Of a DNA stretch of 64,000 nt, positions 1 to 9,186 are shown piece by piece. Where the stretch lies: contig JAZDNF010000001.1 of assembly GCA_043800255.1 (NCBI GenBank), positions 64,001-128,000 on the forward strand, read 5' to 3'. A program made the translations under genes and the position numbers. Numbering within the stretch: position 1 is the first letter of the stretch; each line of letters opens with the position of its first letter. Source of the DNA: Candidatus Altiarchaeota archaeon. GTDB taxonomy: Archaea; Altiarchaeota; Altiarchaeia; IMC4; SCGC-AAA252-I15. The notes beneath the pieces were generated by a model. That model was given only the letters and a program-made list of their open reading frames with translations, searched no databases and was not told the origin of the DNA.

Positions 1-2
1 CT

Positions 3-155
3 GGTGTCGAGAGAATAGTTTTCCCGATATCAAATAAGACTTACAGGATAATTGACATACTCATCGGTCTGCTCGGACTTGCTGTAGTGAAGTTTAACGA
101 GAAATATTTTGGAGTGAATATTGAACGGTTCAGGGAGTTCTCGTCTGAAGAATAG
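3..155 (+). CDS. 3' end of an unidentified CDS entering the window
   Basis: Open frame GVERIVFPISNKTYRIIDILIGLLGLAVVKFNEKYFGVNIERFREFSSEE* ending TAG at 153-155, convergent with coaB; no motif recognised. Confidence 0.4.
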   Translation, partial: GVERIVFPISNKTYRIIDILIGLLGLAVVKFNEKYFGVNIERFREFSSEE

Positions 156-777
156 ATGTTATCTCGTCCAAAATACATTCTGCAACATTTTTCAAATCGG
201 ATTTCCGAACGTGCTTAACTCCTCTCTCCCCTACGATGTAAACCTCTCTTGATTCTGACCCGAATCTGTCCTTTCCAATGTCGTTTGCCACCACCAAATC
301 CAGGCTTTCAGCCTTTTTCTTCTCTACTGCCCTTTTTATCAGGTCATCATTCTCCACTCCGTATTCAGCCTTGAAAGCTGCAACGAACAAACTTGGGAAG
401 CTCTTCTTCGCGACTTTTGTCAGTTTTTCCATAGGTGTCAGGATAAGCGTAACACTGTCTCTTGATGAGACCTTACCCCTCAGCCTCTTCTGAGGCTTGA
501 AATCAGCTATCGCTGCAGCTGATATAAGGACATCATAACCCCGCTTGAGCTCGTCCAAGGTTGCGTTGACCATCTCCTCGGCTGTCCTGACATTCAAAGC
601 TTTTACGTTGGCAGGGGCCCTGAGGCTTATGGGGCCGCAGACCAGCGTTACCTCATGGCCTCTCCTCTTGGCTTCCTCTGCCAGCGCGATGCCTGTTCTG
701 CCTGAGCTGGAATTTGTTATATACCTGACGTCGTCTATCGGCTCCTGCGTCGGACCGCAGGTTATGAGAACTCTCAT
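130..777 (-). CDS. coaB: Phosphopantothenate--cysteine ligase (stand-alone CoaB / DFP C-terminal domain)
   Basis: VLITCGPTQEPIDDVRYITNSSSGRTG, AAAIADF, AFKAE, DLVVANDI motifs. Confidence 0.9.
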   Translation of the reverse strand: MRVLITCGPTQEPIDDVRYITNSSSGRTGIALAEEAKRRGHEVTLVCGPISLRAPANVKALNVRTAEEMVNATLDELKRGYDVLISAAAIADFKPQKRLRGKVSSRDSVTLILTPMEKLTKVAKKSFPSLFVAAFKAEYGVENDDLIKRAVEKKKAESLDLVVANDIGKDRFGSESREVYIVGERGVKHVRKSDLKNVAECILDEITSILQTRTP

Positions 778-1649
778 CTTTTTGTTTTCAGAATTGCCTT
801 AGCAATGGCGTAGGCTTCCCCCAGGTTGATGACTTTATCATTACTTTTGAACAGGTCCTCAACTATCCTATACTGCACTTTCATCTTGAGGCCTCCAATG
901 GTCAGGGCGCCAAATCTTATCCTACCGTCAACCTTGCCGTTGTCTGTGGGTCTGACTCCTTCGATGCCGTAGGGCGGCACTGCGTTGCAGTCCGCTATGA
1001 CCTTCACGTTGTCGTACTTCAGCCACGACCTTTCCTGGACAAGCTGCACGCCTTCGGAGCCTGTTGCAAGCACTATCTCAGCCGTTGACAGGACTTTTTC
1101 GATCTCTGACTGCGAGGCAGCCACTGCAGGCTCCGCCTTACAGTCGTACATGTCCCTGATTCGTCTGCATGTTGCCTTCGCGCTCTCAATCTTCCTGGAT
1201 GTCAGCGTAACCTCCGCCCCCTCGTTCGCAAGGAGCGCTGCCGACCTCTCGCCAACAGGTCCTGTTCCTGCGACTACCGCAGCCTTTGAGCCTGAGACGT
1301 CAAAGGCATCCGCTATTTTTGCAACACATGCCGAAGAGGTTGTGTTAGCGCCTTCAGGGTCTACTCCTATTGAGATCCTGAACTGGGCTGGAAGCTGACC
1401 AATAACCTCGAGAGACTTCCGGAGAAGCGCTTCCGACAGTCTGCTGTTCTTCCCTCCTATGAAAACTGCAGTGTTCTTCAGGTCTTCCTTCCGTCTTGTG
1501 AAGACACAGCCATGTATGATGTCCTCCACATGGTTCTCATCTACGCTGCCGTAGGGCATGACAATATCCGCACCTGAGTCGTGGGCTACAACAATGTCGA
1601 ACATGCTTGGCACCGTATCAGGCGTCACATAGGCCAAAATCTTTTTCAT
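774..1649 (-). CDS. mtd: NAD(P)-dependent methylene-H4MPT dehydrogenase (MtdA/MtdB family)
   Basis: PSMFDIVVAHDSGAD, GCVFTR, TAVFIGG, DPEGANTT, AGTGPVG, DCNAVPPYGIEG, GALTIGGLKMK match the methylotroph-type Mtd family. Confidence 0.88.
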   Translation of the reverse strand: MKKILAYVTPDTVPSMFDIVVAHDSGADIVMPYGSVDENHVEDIIHGCVFTRRKEDLKNTAVFIGGKNSRLSEALLRKSLEVIGQLPAQFRISIGVDPEGANTTSSACVAKIADAFDVSGSKAAVVAGTGPVGERSAALLANEGAEVTLTSRKIESAKATCRRIRDMYDCKAEPAVAASQSEIEKVLSTAEIVLATGSEGVQLVQERSWLKYDNVKVIADCNAVPPYGIEGVRPTDNGKVDGRIRFGALTIGGLKMKVQYRIVEDLFKSNDKVINLGEAYAIAKAILKTKR

Positions 1650-1714
1650 CTTTTAAGGTTGAGGGTAAAAAATAAACTTTTATAGATAAAAAACTGTATC
1701 TTAGTCATTTTAGC

Positions 1715-3601
1715 ATGGAAAACAAGCTGATACCGCCCTGCAGCGCCTCCTGTCCCCTGGGACAGGACGTCAGAGGGTATGTGAACCTGGTAGCTGAAGG
1801 GAGGTTTGAGGAGTCTCTCAGTCTGATACTTGCGACGAATCCAATGCCTTCGGTATGCGGCAGGATATGCGTTCGCGACTGCGAGAGCAACTGCAGGAGG
1901 TCAGCGGTTGACCGGCCTGTAGCAATACGCGCCCTCAAGCGTTTCATCGCGGACAGAGCCGGATATGAGCAGCCGAAGCAGATTAAGAGATTCAAGGAGA
2001 AGGTTGCTGTTGTCGGCGCAGGCCCTGCAGGTTTGGCGGCAGCGCTCTCTCTTGGGGAGTTGGGTTACTCTCCAACGGTCTTTGAAAGAAGGCTGAAGCC
2101 TGGCGGCCTGCTCGCGTCTGTAATACCGTCTTACCGGCTTCCCAAAACCGCGTTGGTGCGCGATTTAGAGAGGGTCACTGGCGGCGTGAGAATAAGGCTC
2201 AAATCCGAACCCGACCTTCGCAATCTGCTTGAGGCGTACGATGCCGTTATCGTGGCCATTGGCGCTCCTCAGAGCAGAAAGTTCAACGTTCCCGGCGAGA
2301 ACCTTGATGGCGTGGTATCTGGCATGGAATTCCTTGAGAAGGTGAAGGCAGGCAAGAAAGTCCGGACAGGCAATGTTGTTGCCGTCGTCGGCGGCGGCAA
2401 CACCGCGTTCGACGCTGCGAGAACCGCCCTGAGAATCGGCTCAAAAAAAGTCTATCTGTTGTACCGGAGGTCAGCTGATGAGATTCCCGCAAATCCTGAA
2501 GAGATTGGGGAGGCGGTGGAGGAGGGGATAATCGTAAAATATCTGGTCTCTCCGAAGTCCATTGTCGGGAGAAACGGGAAGGTGGCTGGCATAATATGCG
2601 TTAGGAACAGGCTGTCAGCGAAGGATTCCAGCGGGCGCAGGAAGCCTGTTCCGATAAGAGGTTCGGAATTCCGCATAAAGGCGGACTGCGTCATAACCGC
2701 TCTGGGCCAGACATCGGAACCGGATAAGATAACTGCAGATAACGTTTTCTACTGTGGCGATGCAGAATCCGGCACATCGGATTTCACAAGAGCCATGGCA
2801 TCAGGCAGGCAGGCGACGCTGGATGCTCATAAGTTCCTAACTGGCAAGACGGAGGGTAGCCTAGTAAACACTGAAGCTCTTGGAGTGATACCTGCAGGCA
2901 CTCTTGAGATAATAGGAAAGCTCCCACGGCAAGAACATAAGAAGCTCGCTCCCAAGAGTAGGAGAAACTTCAGGGAGGTGAACATGTGCTTTGACAATGT
3001 CTCCGCAGTGAAAGAGGCGTTGAGGTGCATGAACTGCGGCGCAGGCGCCGTAGTCAACCCTGACTTATGTGTCGCATGTCTCGCATGCGTTAAAGCATGT
3101 CCCTACGAAGTGCCTGAGATAGTCGACGGCGTAGCATTCATAAGTCCGGACAAATGCCAGTCATGCGGCATCTGCGCCCCGGAATGCCCTGCGAACGCCA
3201 TAAATATGGGGAACAGTTACTCGTATGAGGGAATCAGAGATAAGATAGCTGCCGGCAAGAGGGGCTGCGTCCTGGGATTCGTCTGCAGGTTCGACCGCTT
3301 CTGGAACAGAAAAGGGAAGGGAATCCTAGCACCCAAAAATGCCCGCATCGTCGAGGTTCCCTGCAATGGCGTCATCCACGAGCAGCATTTTTTGGATGCT
3401 ATCGAGGCAGGCTATTCTGGCGTGTTCCTCATAAATTGTAAGGACGAGGACTGCAGACACTACGTCGGCTGCAAGAAGTCCGTCGAGCGCCTGGACGAGG
3501 TTAAACGAGTTTTAAACTCCTCCCATCTAAGAGATTACCCTCTAAACGTCTTGGAGAATTATGGCAAGATTAGGAAGTTCGCCGGCTCCTGCGAAAGATG
3601 A
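1715..3601 (+). CDS. GltD/NfnB-like FAD/NAD(P)H oxidoreductase fused to 2x[4Fe-4S] ferredoxin and MvhD(FlpD)-like [2Fe-2S] domain
   Basis: PPCSASCP..CGRICVRDCESNCRR; VVGAGPAG; VVGGGNTAFDAAR..YRR; EALRCMNC; two CxxCxxCxxxCP; C-terminal GFVC..VPCNG..GVFLINCKDEDCRH. Confidence 0.85.
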   Translation: MENKLIPPCSASCPLGQDVRGYVNLVAEGRFEESLSLILATNPMPSVCGRICVRDCESNCRRSAVDRPVAIRALKRFIADRAGYEQPKQIKRFKEKVAVVGAGPAGLAAALSLGELGYSPTVFERRLKPGGLLASVIPSYRLPKTALVRDLERVTGGVRIRLKSEPDLRNLLEAYDAVIVAIGAPQSRKFNVPGENLDGVVSGMEFLEKVKAGKKVRTGNVVAVVGGGNTAFDAARTALRIGSKKVYLLYRRSADEIPANPEEIGEAVEEGIIVKYLVSPKSIVGRNGKVAGIICVRNRLSAKDSSGRRKPVPIRGSEFRIKADCVITALGQTSEPDKITADNVFYCGDAESGTSDFTRAMASGRQATLDAHKFLTGKTEGSLVNTEALGVIPAGTLEIIGKLPRQEHKKLAPKSRRNFREVNMCFDNVSAVKEALRCMNCGAGAVVNPDLCVACLACVKACPYEVPEIVDGVAFISPDKCQSCGICAPECPANAINMGNSYSYEGIRDKIAAGKRGCVLGFVCRFDRFWNRKGKGILAPKNARIVEVPCNGVIHEQHFLDAIEAGYSGVFLINCKDEDCRHYVGCKKSVERLDEVKRVLNSSHLRDYPLNVLENYGKIRKFAGSCER

Positions 3602-4206
3602 TACTCACAAAAAAGAAAGACCTGGATGAGATAATAGGGAACCTGGGGAGTGCGAAGAAGATTCTTGTGCTGGGCTGCGGGACATGCGTCACGGTGCACA
3701 AGACCGGCGGGTCGAAGGAGGCCAGAAAGCTCGCATCAGCCATCAAACTGGCGTTCAAGGGCAAGAGGAAGGTTGACGCCTACTCTGACGTCGTTCTCAG
3801 GCAGTGCGAGCCTGACATGGTAGCAGAGCTTTCGGAGGAGATAGACGAATATGATGCGATAGTGTCCCTCGCCTGCGGAGCCGGAGCCCAGCTTGTTGCT
3901 GAAGTCTATCAGACTAAACGGCTTGTCCCAGGCCTTGACACCCAATATATCGGAGTCGTGAAGCCTGAGGGCGAGCGCGAGTACTGCAGGGGATGCGGGC
4001 GTTGCATAATAGGCGAGACTGTTGGCATATGCCCTATAACCGGGTGCGCGAAGTCCATGCTCAATGGCCCCTGCGGGGGAGTCAATGATGGCATGTGCGA
4101 GGTCGAGGGTAGGGGAAAGTGCGTGTGGGTTATGATATTCAACAAGATGAAGGAGATGGGCATGCTGGACGATTTCATGAAAGTTAGGACTAGGAGGGGG
4201 AGATGA
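3598..4206 (+). CDS. metV: Methylenetetrahydrofolate reductase small subunit MetV
   Basis: GCGTC..TGG, RQCE, SLACGAG, CRGCGRC..GICPITGCAKSMLNGPCGG..CEV..CVW; ATGA-coupled to both neighbours. Confidence 0.9.
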   Translation: MILTKKKDLDEIIGNLGSAKKILVLGCGTCVTVHKTGGSKEARKLASAIKLAFKGKRKVDAYSDVVLRQCEPDMVAELSEEIDEYDAIVSLACGAGAQLVAEVYQTKRLVPGLDTQYIGVVKPEGEREYCRGCGRCIIGETVGICPITGCAKSMLNGPCGGVNDGMCEVEGRGKCVWVMIFNKMKEMGMLDDFMKVRTRRGR

Positions 4207-5093
4207 GCAAGCTTTCCGAGAATTTCGGCAGACGTTTTGTGGTGACCGGTGAGATAGCCCCACCTAGGGGACACGACCTCACCTCATTCAACCATGAGGT
4301 CGAATTCTTCAAGCCGCTGATGAAAAAACTGTATGCTGTGAACGTTGTCGACATACCCGGGTCTCTGCTGCTCATGAGCTCGCTTGGGGCGAGCATACTA
4401 TTGCAGCAGAACAGGCTGGAGCCTGTCTTCCAGATGGTGTGCAGGGACAGGAACGTCCTAGCCTTGGAGGCTGACCTGATCTCTGCGGCTGCGTTTGGCA
4501 TAGAGAACGTTCTAGCGCTCACCGGAGACCATCCTAAGGTTAAGAGCAGCGACCACAAGGACGCGAGGCCTGTGTTCGACCTGGATTCTTCCAGGCTGAT
4601 CAAGGTCGTGAAGGGCATGAACGATGGGGTTGACATCAACGGGAGGAAGCTTAACATGAAGACAAGCTTTTTCTTGGGAGCTGCGCTCGCTCCGGGAGTG
4701 AATCCCCTAGAGCCTGAAATATACAAGACACGGAGGAAGCTTTTTGCAGGCGCCGATTTCTTCCAGACGCAGGCGGTGTTCGAGCCTGAGCTGATGGAGT
4801 CGTTCTTCAGGGGATATGAGAAGGTTTTCAAGGAGGACGTCAGGAAGAAGGTTCTGATGAGCGTCGTCCCATTGTACTCGTATGACATGGTACGGTTCCT
4901 CAAGACCATGCCAGGCATCGTGATATCAGACAAGACTGGAAAGCGCATAAAGCAGGCGAAAGACCCCCTAAAGGCAGGCGTTGACATAGCGGTTGAGGTT
5001 GTTGAAAAAGCCAGGGACATGAACGTTGCCGGTGTGCATGTGATGCCTGCAGGAAAGACGGAGGCTCTTGTTGAAATCCTGAACAGGATATGA
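4203..5093 (+). CDS. metF: Methylenetetrahydrofolate (or -H4MPT) reductase MetF
   Basis: VVTGEIAPP, CRDRN, NVLALTGD, VFDLDS, GADFFQTQAVF, GVHVM. Confidence 0.9.
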   Translation: MSKLSENFGRRFVVTGEIAPPRGHDLTSFNHEVEFFKPLMKKLYAVNVVDIPGSLLLMSSLGASILLQQNRLEPVFQMVCRDRNVLALEADLISAAAFGIENVLALTGDHPKVKSSDHKDARPVFDLDSSRLIKVVKGMNDGVDINGRKLNMKTSFFLGAALAPGVNPLEPEIYKTRRKLFAGADFFQTQAVFEPELMESFFRGYEKVFKEDVRKKVLMSVVPLYSYDMVRFLKTMPGIVISDKTGKRIKQAKDPLKAGVDIAVEVVEKARDMNVAGVHVMPAGKTEALVEILNRI

Positions 5094-5126
5094 GGTCTTT
5101 TTAACCAATAATAAAAAATAGTGTAT

Positions 5127-5495
5127 ATGAACTCCAACAAGATCACGGCAGTCTTCCTGGTCGTTGTTATCCTGGTCCTAACCTACTTTTTCGCTTTTAG
5201 TAACTGGGAGAAGCCTGCCCCATTAGGGACCGTGTACAATCCGCCATCAACTTTGGAGGAAACCACAACGCTTTCATCCGAGCCTGAGACGTCTGGGGGG
5301 GCTGATACATTGACTTCGATTCCAACTAAGATAGAGAGCTGCCTTGACTATTGTCTCGTGGGCGAGTTCAGTCATGGGATGTGCACGAGAACAAAGTCGG
5401 AGTGCAATGGTAGGGGCGGCGTGATCAAGATACCTGCTTCTAGGTACTGCGACAATCCTAACGTCAACAACTGCTGTTGCTTCGGGAAGAAATAA
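5127..5495 (+). CDS. Small exported or membrane-anchored protein: N-terminal TM, S/T/P-rich linker, 8-Cys C-terminal module
   Basis: Hydrophobic ITAVFLVVVILVLTYFFAF, PSTLEETTTLSSEPETS linker, CLDYC..GMC..EC..YC..CCC. Confidence 0.7.
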   Translation: MNSNKITAVFLVVVILVLTYFFAFSNWEKPAPLGTVYNPPSTLEETTTLSSEPETSGGADTLTSIPTKIESCLDYCLVGEFSHGMCTRTKSECNGRGGVIKIPASRYCDNPNVNNCCCFGKK

Positions 5496-5513
5496 AAAAC
5501 TTGAGGTGATGTT

Positions 5514-5771
5514 ATGGCCGAAGAGGAGATAGGTGAGGTGTTCTCCTATTTTTCGAAGGTTGGGGTTGCTGCTGTGAAGCTCACGGGCGGAGAGCTTAAC
5601 GTCGGCGATACGGTCAGGATAAAAGGCGCGAAAACCGACTTTACGATGCATGTTGAATCCATGCAGGTTGACAGGGATCCGGTTGAGACCGCATCTGCTG
5701 GGCAGTCAATCGGGATAAAGGTCCCGGAAAAAGTCAGGGGTAGCGATATCGTCTACAAGGTAGTCGATTAG
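5514..5771 (+). CDS. Translation elongation factor-like beta-barrel protein (EF-Tu domain II / U32 C-terminal-like)
   Basis: IGEVFSYFSKVGVAAVKL..GDTVRIKG.KTDF..VESMQ..GIKV..KVR; GAGGTGA RBS upstream. Confidence 0.8.
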   Translation: MAEEEIGEVFSYFSKVGVAAVKLTGGELNVGDTVRIKGAKTDFTMHVESMQVDRDPVETASAGQSIGIKVPEKVRGSDIVYKVVD

Positions 5772-5774
5772 CGG

Positions 5775-5921
5775 TTATTTCTTTTTTGGCGTTTTCGGCG
5801 TGAAGTAACCGCATGTGTGGCAGCCCCACTTTTCCTTAAGCGGGTGGTCTACAACAATCCCCTTGCCTAACTCGATATGGGTGCAATCGTCGTCATCCAC
5901 GTTGGCGCATTTCTTTTTCAT
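5775..5921 (-). CDS. 48-aa putative zinc-ribbon microprotein (not in supplied ORF track)
   Basis: Own translation: MKKKCANVDDDDCTHIELGKGIVVDHPLKEKWGCHTCGYFTPKTPKKK*; fills the intergenic gap; AT-rich upstream region. Confidence 0.6.
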   Translation of the reverse strand: MKKKCANVDDDDCTHIELGKGIVVDHPLKEKWGCHTCGYFTPKTPKKK

Positions 5922-5967
5922 GTATTAAATATTTGCATTACAACTTAAAAGCATTAAACAATGTTTA

Positions 5968-6702
5968 CTAATCTTTTATCCTCCACTCGTTGGAGTAGAC
6001 ATTGAACTTGGAATTGCGGGCGAATCCTGCAAGCGTCACACCCAACTTATCGCCCAAAATCAGCGCCCTGGAGAGCGGGGCGGTGTTCGAAACAACGAGG
6101 GGGATTCCAACCCTAACTGCCTTTGTGACTATCCCGGAAGATAGCCTGCCTGTGAAGAGCAGGAACTTGTCGCCAAGCGCTACGCTCTCCTGGAGAGCCC
6201 ATCCGACGACCTTGTCCAAGGCGTTGTGCCGTCCGACATCCTCAAAAAAAGAGAGACGCTTACCCTCTGCGGACATGAGGAAGGCGGCGTGCGTCCCGCC
6301 TGTCGCAGACCACTCCAACTCCCTGTCAGAAAAATTGTCAAGCGACTTCAATATGACCTTTCTGCTGAACCTTCCATCCCTGTCAAGAGGCTCAGGCTCG
6401 CGCTGCATGATGCCAGAGCATCCTGAGCTTCTCAGCTCTGTGAGAAGCTCAAGCCGGTCCTTACCGCTTACTTCAACTTTCACGGCGCTGCCATCAACCT
6501 TAACGTCCCTGATGTCCTCGTAATCGCAAACTCCTTCGGAGACGAGGAAGCCGACCGCCAGCTTGTCCAAGTGGCGGGGCAGAGCGAAGATGGAAATGAA
6601 CTTCAGACCGTTCACATACACTGTGACAAGCTCCTCGTCGGAGACCGCATCATCCCTCAACTCCTCCCTGTCGGAGTAGAAGACCCTTACCCTTCTGTTC
6701 AT
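5968..6702 (-). CDS. fdhD: FdhD-family Mo/W-cofactor sulfurtransferase
   Basis: LAVGFLVSEG, SSGCSG, TGGTHAA, EDVGRHNALDKVVG, TGRLS, GFAR. Confidence 0.92.
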   Translation of the reverse strand: MNRRVRVFYSDREELRDDAVSDEELVTVYVNGLKFISIFALPRHLDKLAVGFLVSEGVCDYEDIRDVKVDGSAVKVEVSGKDRLELLTELRSSGCSGIMQREPEPLDRDGRFSRKVILKSLDNFSDRELEWSATGGTHAAFLMSAEGKRLSFFEDVGRHNALDKVVGWALQESVALGDKFLLFTGRLSSGIVTKAVRVGIPLVVSNTAPLSRALILGDKLGVTLAGFARNSKFNVYSNEWRIKD

Positions 6703-7145
6703 GCCTTTTCCCTAGTCTGAGAATAGCCCCGTATTATCTCCTCAACGTCAGGCACTTCCTCTTTTGTCGGTTCGACTGTGATGGTCATGCCCTTGAAGTT
6801 CGGCGACCCTGTCTGCAGCGTTTCCGCCTCCACGATTGAGTTGATCCAGGGGCCTTTGGGGACGAATACAATGCCTCTGGGAGTCTCGCCAGCCTTAGCG
6901 TACAATGTAATGCTGGACACCCCTGAGGTGAGCTTTACCCTGCCGTCGTCTTGGACGTTCAAGGTTGCCATGTCCTCAGGATTCATGTAGCACGTTCCAG
7001 CAGCCGTCCTGTAGTCGTCCTTGTGCGTCATCTTCCTGCCGCTGCGCATTATCACACCCTGCTTGGAATCTGAGCCGGTGTCCAATATGACCTTCAGCTT
7101 CACCCTGAGGTAATCTCTCACGCTTTTGAAACCTTCCGGTATCAT
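6699..7145 (-). CDS. fwdD: Formylmethanofuran dehydrogenase subunit D (start may be GTG near 7103)
   Basis: ILDTGSDSKQG, CYMNPEDM, GIVFVPKGPWIN, GSPNFKG. Confidence 0.88.
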   Translation of the reverse strand: MIPEGFKSVRDYLRVKLKVILDTGSDSKQGVIMRSGRKMTHKDDYRTAAGTCYMNPEDMATLNVQDDGRVKLTSGVSSITLYAKAGETPRGIVFVPKGPWINSIVEAETLQTGSPNFKGMTITVEPTKEEVPDVEEIIRGYSQTREKA

Positions 7146-8443
7146 CCTCTCACCTTCCTAATCTCCTGGTAGATTTTTGAGAGCGTCTCCTCGTCTGAGG
7201 ACGTGAACTCGAACGGAGACTTCAGGAACTTTCTGGCTGTCAACGGCACGTTGTCCATCCTATAGTATGTGGCGTCAGATTCGAAGCCGCTTATAACTCC
7301 CGGTATGACCAGATCTGCCATATACGTTGTCGGCGTCGGAGCCACGTCTATCGATATCAGCGGTATCTTTGCCATGTGCTCCACGCACTTCCGGGGGAAG
7401 TGGGCGACAGGGTCTGCTGATATGCTTAGCATGGCGTCGATCTCCCCCTCTCTCAAGAGGTCGATTATGGAAGTCTCCCCAGGGTTATAGCGCGGGTAGC
7501 CTCTGAAGAAGTCAACAGCAAACGGGTAGCCTGTCCTCCATGTCAGGACTTCGTTGAATCCTGCGACATTATAATGGCCTCTCATCGGTATCACAGAGAA
7601 CCTGGTGTGGTCGTTCAAAGTCTTCACAAGTTCGAGCAGATTTTCGATGTTATAGGCTTTCATGCCTGAGTGGGTGAGGCCGAGGCCTATGAATGCGACG
7701 CCATACTGGCATTTTTTCAGCATTTCAGCGAGCTTTTCAACGTCTCTCAGCTTGAGGCCAGCGACCTCGCTTACGTTCAGCGTCTCTCCATTGATGATCG
7801 CCCTTAGGGCTGAGATGAGCTCGAAATCGCTGTTAGGTTCTATCTGGTAGAAGAAGTTCGCCAGCTTTGCTGTAGTGCTCTTCCTCGTGTCTATCACTAT
7901 GATCTTCCTGTCCCTCCTGCCCTGCTCCCTGTACATTCCCCTCGGGTATGTTCCAAAGCGTGACATGTGCCTCGGGTGGGACTCCATCGGGTTTGAGCCC
8001 CAGTACACTATCAAGTCAGAGTAGTTCATCACCATACCCAGGGTGCAGGTCGGAAGCCCGCTCATCTGCTCCCCCAGTATCGTCGGCCCGTGGCAGTGGG
8101 ATGACTGGCTGTCGATGTAGCCTCTTATGTGCTCTGCGATGTCGACTCCGACTTTTATGGCCTCGCACGAGTTCTCGCTCCACCCATACAGGAGGGGGCG
8201 CTCGGCTTCGGTGAGCATCCTGGCAGCCTCCTTTACTGCCTCCTTCCAGCCGATCTCCTCTGCCTTTCCGTTGACTTTGAGTGTCGGCTTCATGATGCGT
8301 TCCATTCTGCCGATTTCCTCGAATTTAGACTTGCCGACAAGGCAGGCGCCGTTGACTTTGACGATTCTGCCGTCTTCCAACTCTACGATGATGTCGTCGC
8401 ATCCGCATCCGCATACCGGGCATGTTATGTCCTTATATATCAT
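7142..8443 (-). CDS. fwdB: Formylmethanofuran dehydrogenase subunit B (Mo/W, Cys ligand)
   Basis: Start reassigned to MIYKDITCPVCGCGCDD (ATGA overlap with fwdC); CHGP, WGSNPMESHPRH, PMRGHYNVAG, YRMDNVP. Confidence 0.93.
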   Translation of the reverse strand: MIYKDITCPVCGCGCDDIIVELEDGRIVKVNGACLVGKSKFEEIGRMERIMKPTLKVNGKAEEIGWKEAVKEAARMLTEAERPLLYGWSENSCEAIKVGVDIAEHIRGYIDSQSSHCHGPTILGEQMSGLPTCTLGMVMNYSDLIVYWGSNPMESHPRHMSRFGTYPRGMYREQGRRDRKIIVIDTRKSTTAKLANFFYQIEPNSDFELISALRAIINGETLNVSEVAGLKLRDVEKLAEMLKKCQYGVAFIGLGLTHSGMKAYNIENLLELVKTLNDHTRFSVIPMRGHYNVAGFNEVLTWRTGYPFAVDFFRGYPRYNPGETSIIDLLREGEIDAMLSISADPVAHFPRKCVEHMAKIPLISIDVAPTPTTYMADLVIPGVISGFESDATYYRMDNVPLTARKFLKSPFEFTSSDEETLSKIYQEIRKVRG

Positions 8444-9186
8444 CTTCTGATCCTGACCTCCCCCTTCCCTTTGAAGCTTACGTCGCCATCGTATAAGATG
8501 TACTGCCCGTCTTCGCCCTTCCTTTTGAGGTAGAATGGAGCGTCCATTGGCGTTTCTACTGTAATCGATCCCTTCTTCATAGCATATCCCAGCGGGCTTC
8601 CGCACTCTCTGGCTTTGATGGTTCCCCCACTCATGTAACTTCCTGTGAATTTCTCGACTCTGCCCTCTACTGTTATCTCCCCCCCTATAAGTCCTTTCCC
8701 GACGTCCAATCCGACGTTGCCTCCCACTTTGATGGTTCCGCCGCTCATTCCCGAGTCCTCTCCTCTAACAGCGCAGCCGACATAGCATTCCACGCTCCCC
8801 TTAACTTCTATGGTGCCTCCTCTCATGCCAGTCCCAACCCAGCCTCCAGCGTCCTCTTCGACTATTATGCTGCCGCCTACCATGCCCTCGCCGAGGTGCA
8901 GGCCTGCGCCGCCTTTGACCAGTATCTCGCCTGCCTTCATATCCTCCCCGATTCTTTTAACCTTTGAGAAGTCTCCCTCCAGCAGGAGCTTCTGGTCTTC
9001 AGGCTTTTTGGCAATCTCACCCTCGATTTGGAAGACCTCGCCCAACGTTTTCTTCCTGTTGCCTGCGTAGACTTCAAGCTCCAGTATCTGCTTCATGGTC
9101 TTGCCTGCGAAGGACTCAGGCTTCAAAGCCTCCGCCTCGATCGGATAGTCCAATTTTTCCTTCAGCTTAATTGTTAACGTCTTCAT
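8440..9186 (-). CDS. fwdC: Formylmethanofuran dehydrogenase subunit C
   Basis: GxGMxGGxIxVxG beta-helix repeats; GDFSKVKRIG. Confidence 0.92.
   Translation of the reverse strand: MKTLTIKLKEKLDYPIEAEALKPESFAGKTMKQILELEVYAGNRKKTLGEVFQIEGEIAKKPEDQKLLLEGDFSKVKRIGEDMKAGEILVKGGAGLHLGEGMVGGSIIVEEDAGGWVGTGMRGGTIEVKGSVECYVGCAVRGEDSGMSGGTIKVGGNVGLDVGKGLIGGEITVEGRVEKFTGSYMSGGTIKARECGSPLGYAMKKGSITVETPMDAPFYLKRKGEDGQYILYDGDVSFKGKGEVRIRR

Noticed and set aside
7142-8605. Selenocysteine or an N-terminal extension in FwdB
   Set aside because: The ligand position is a Cys codon (CHGP). The 54 extra residues in the ORF track overlap fwdC, and the better start is 8443
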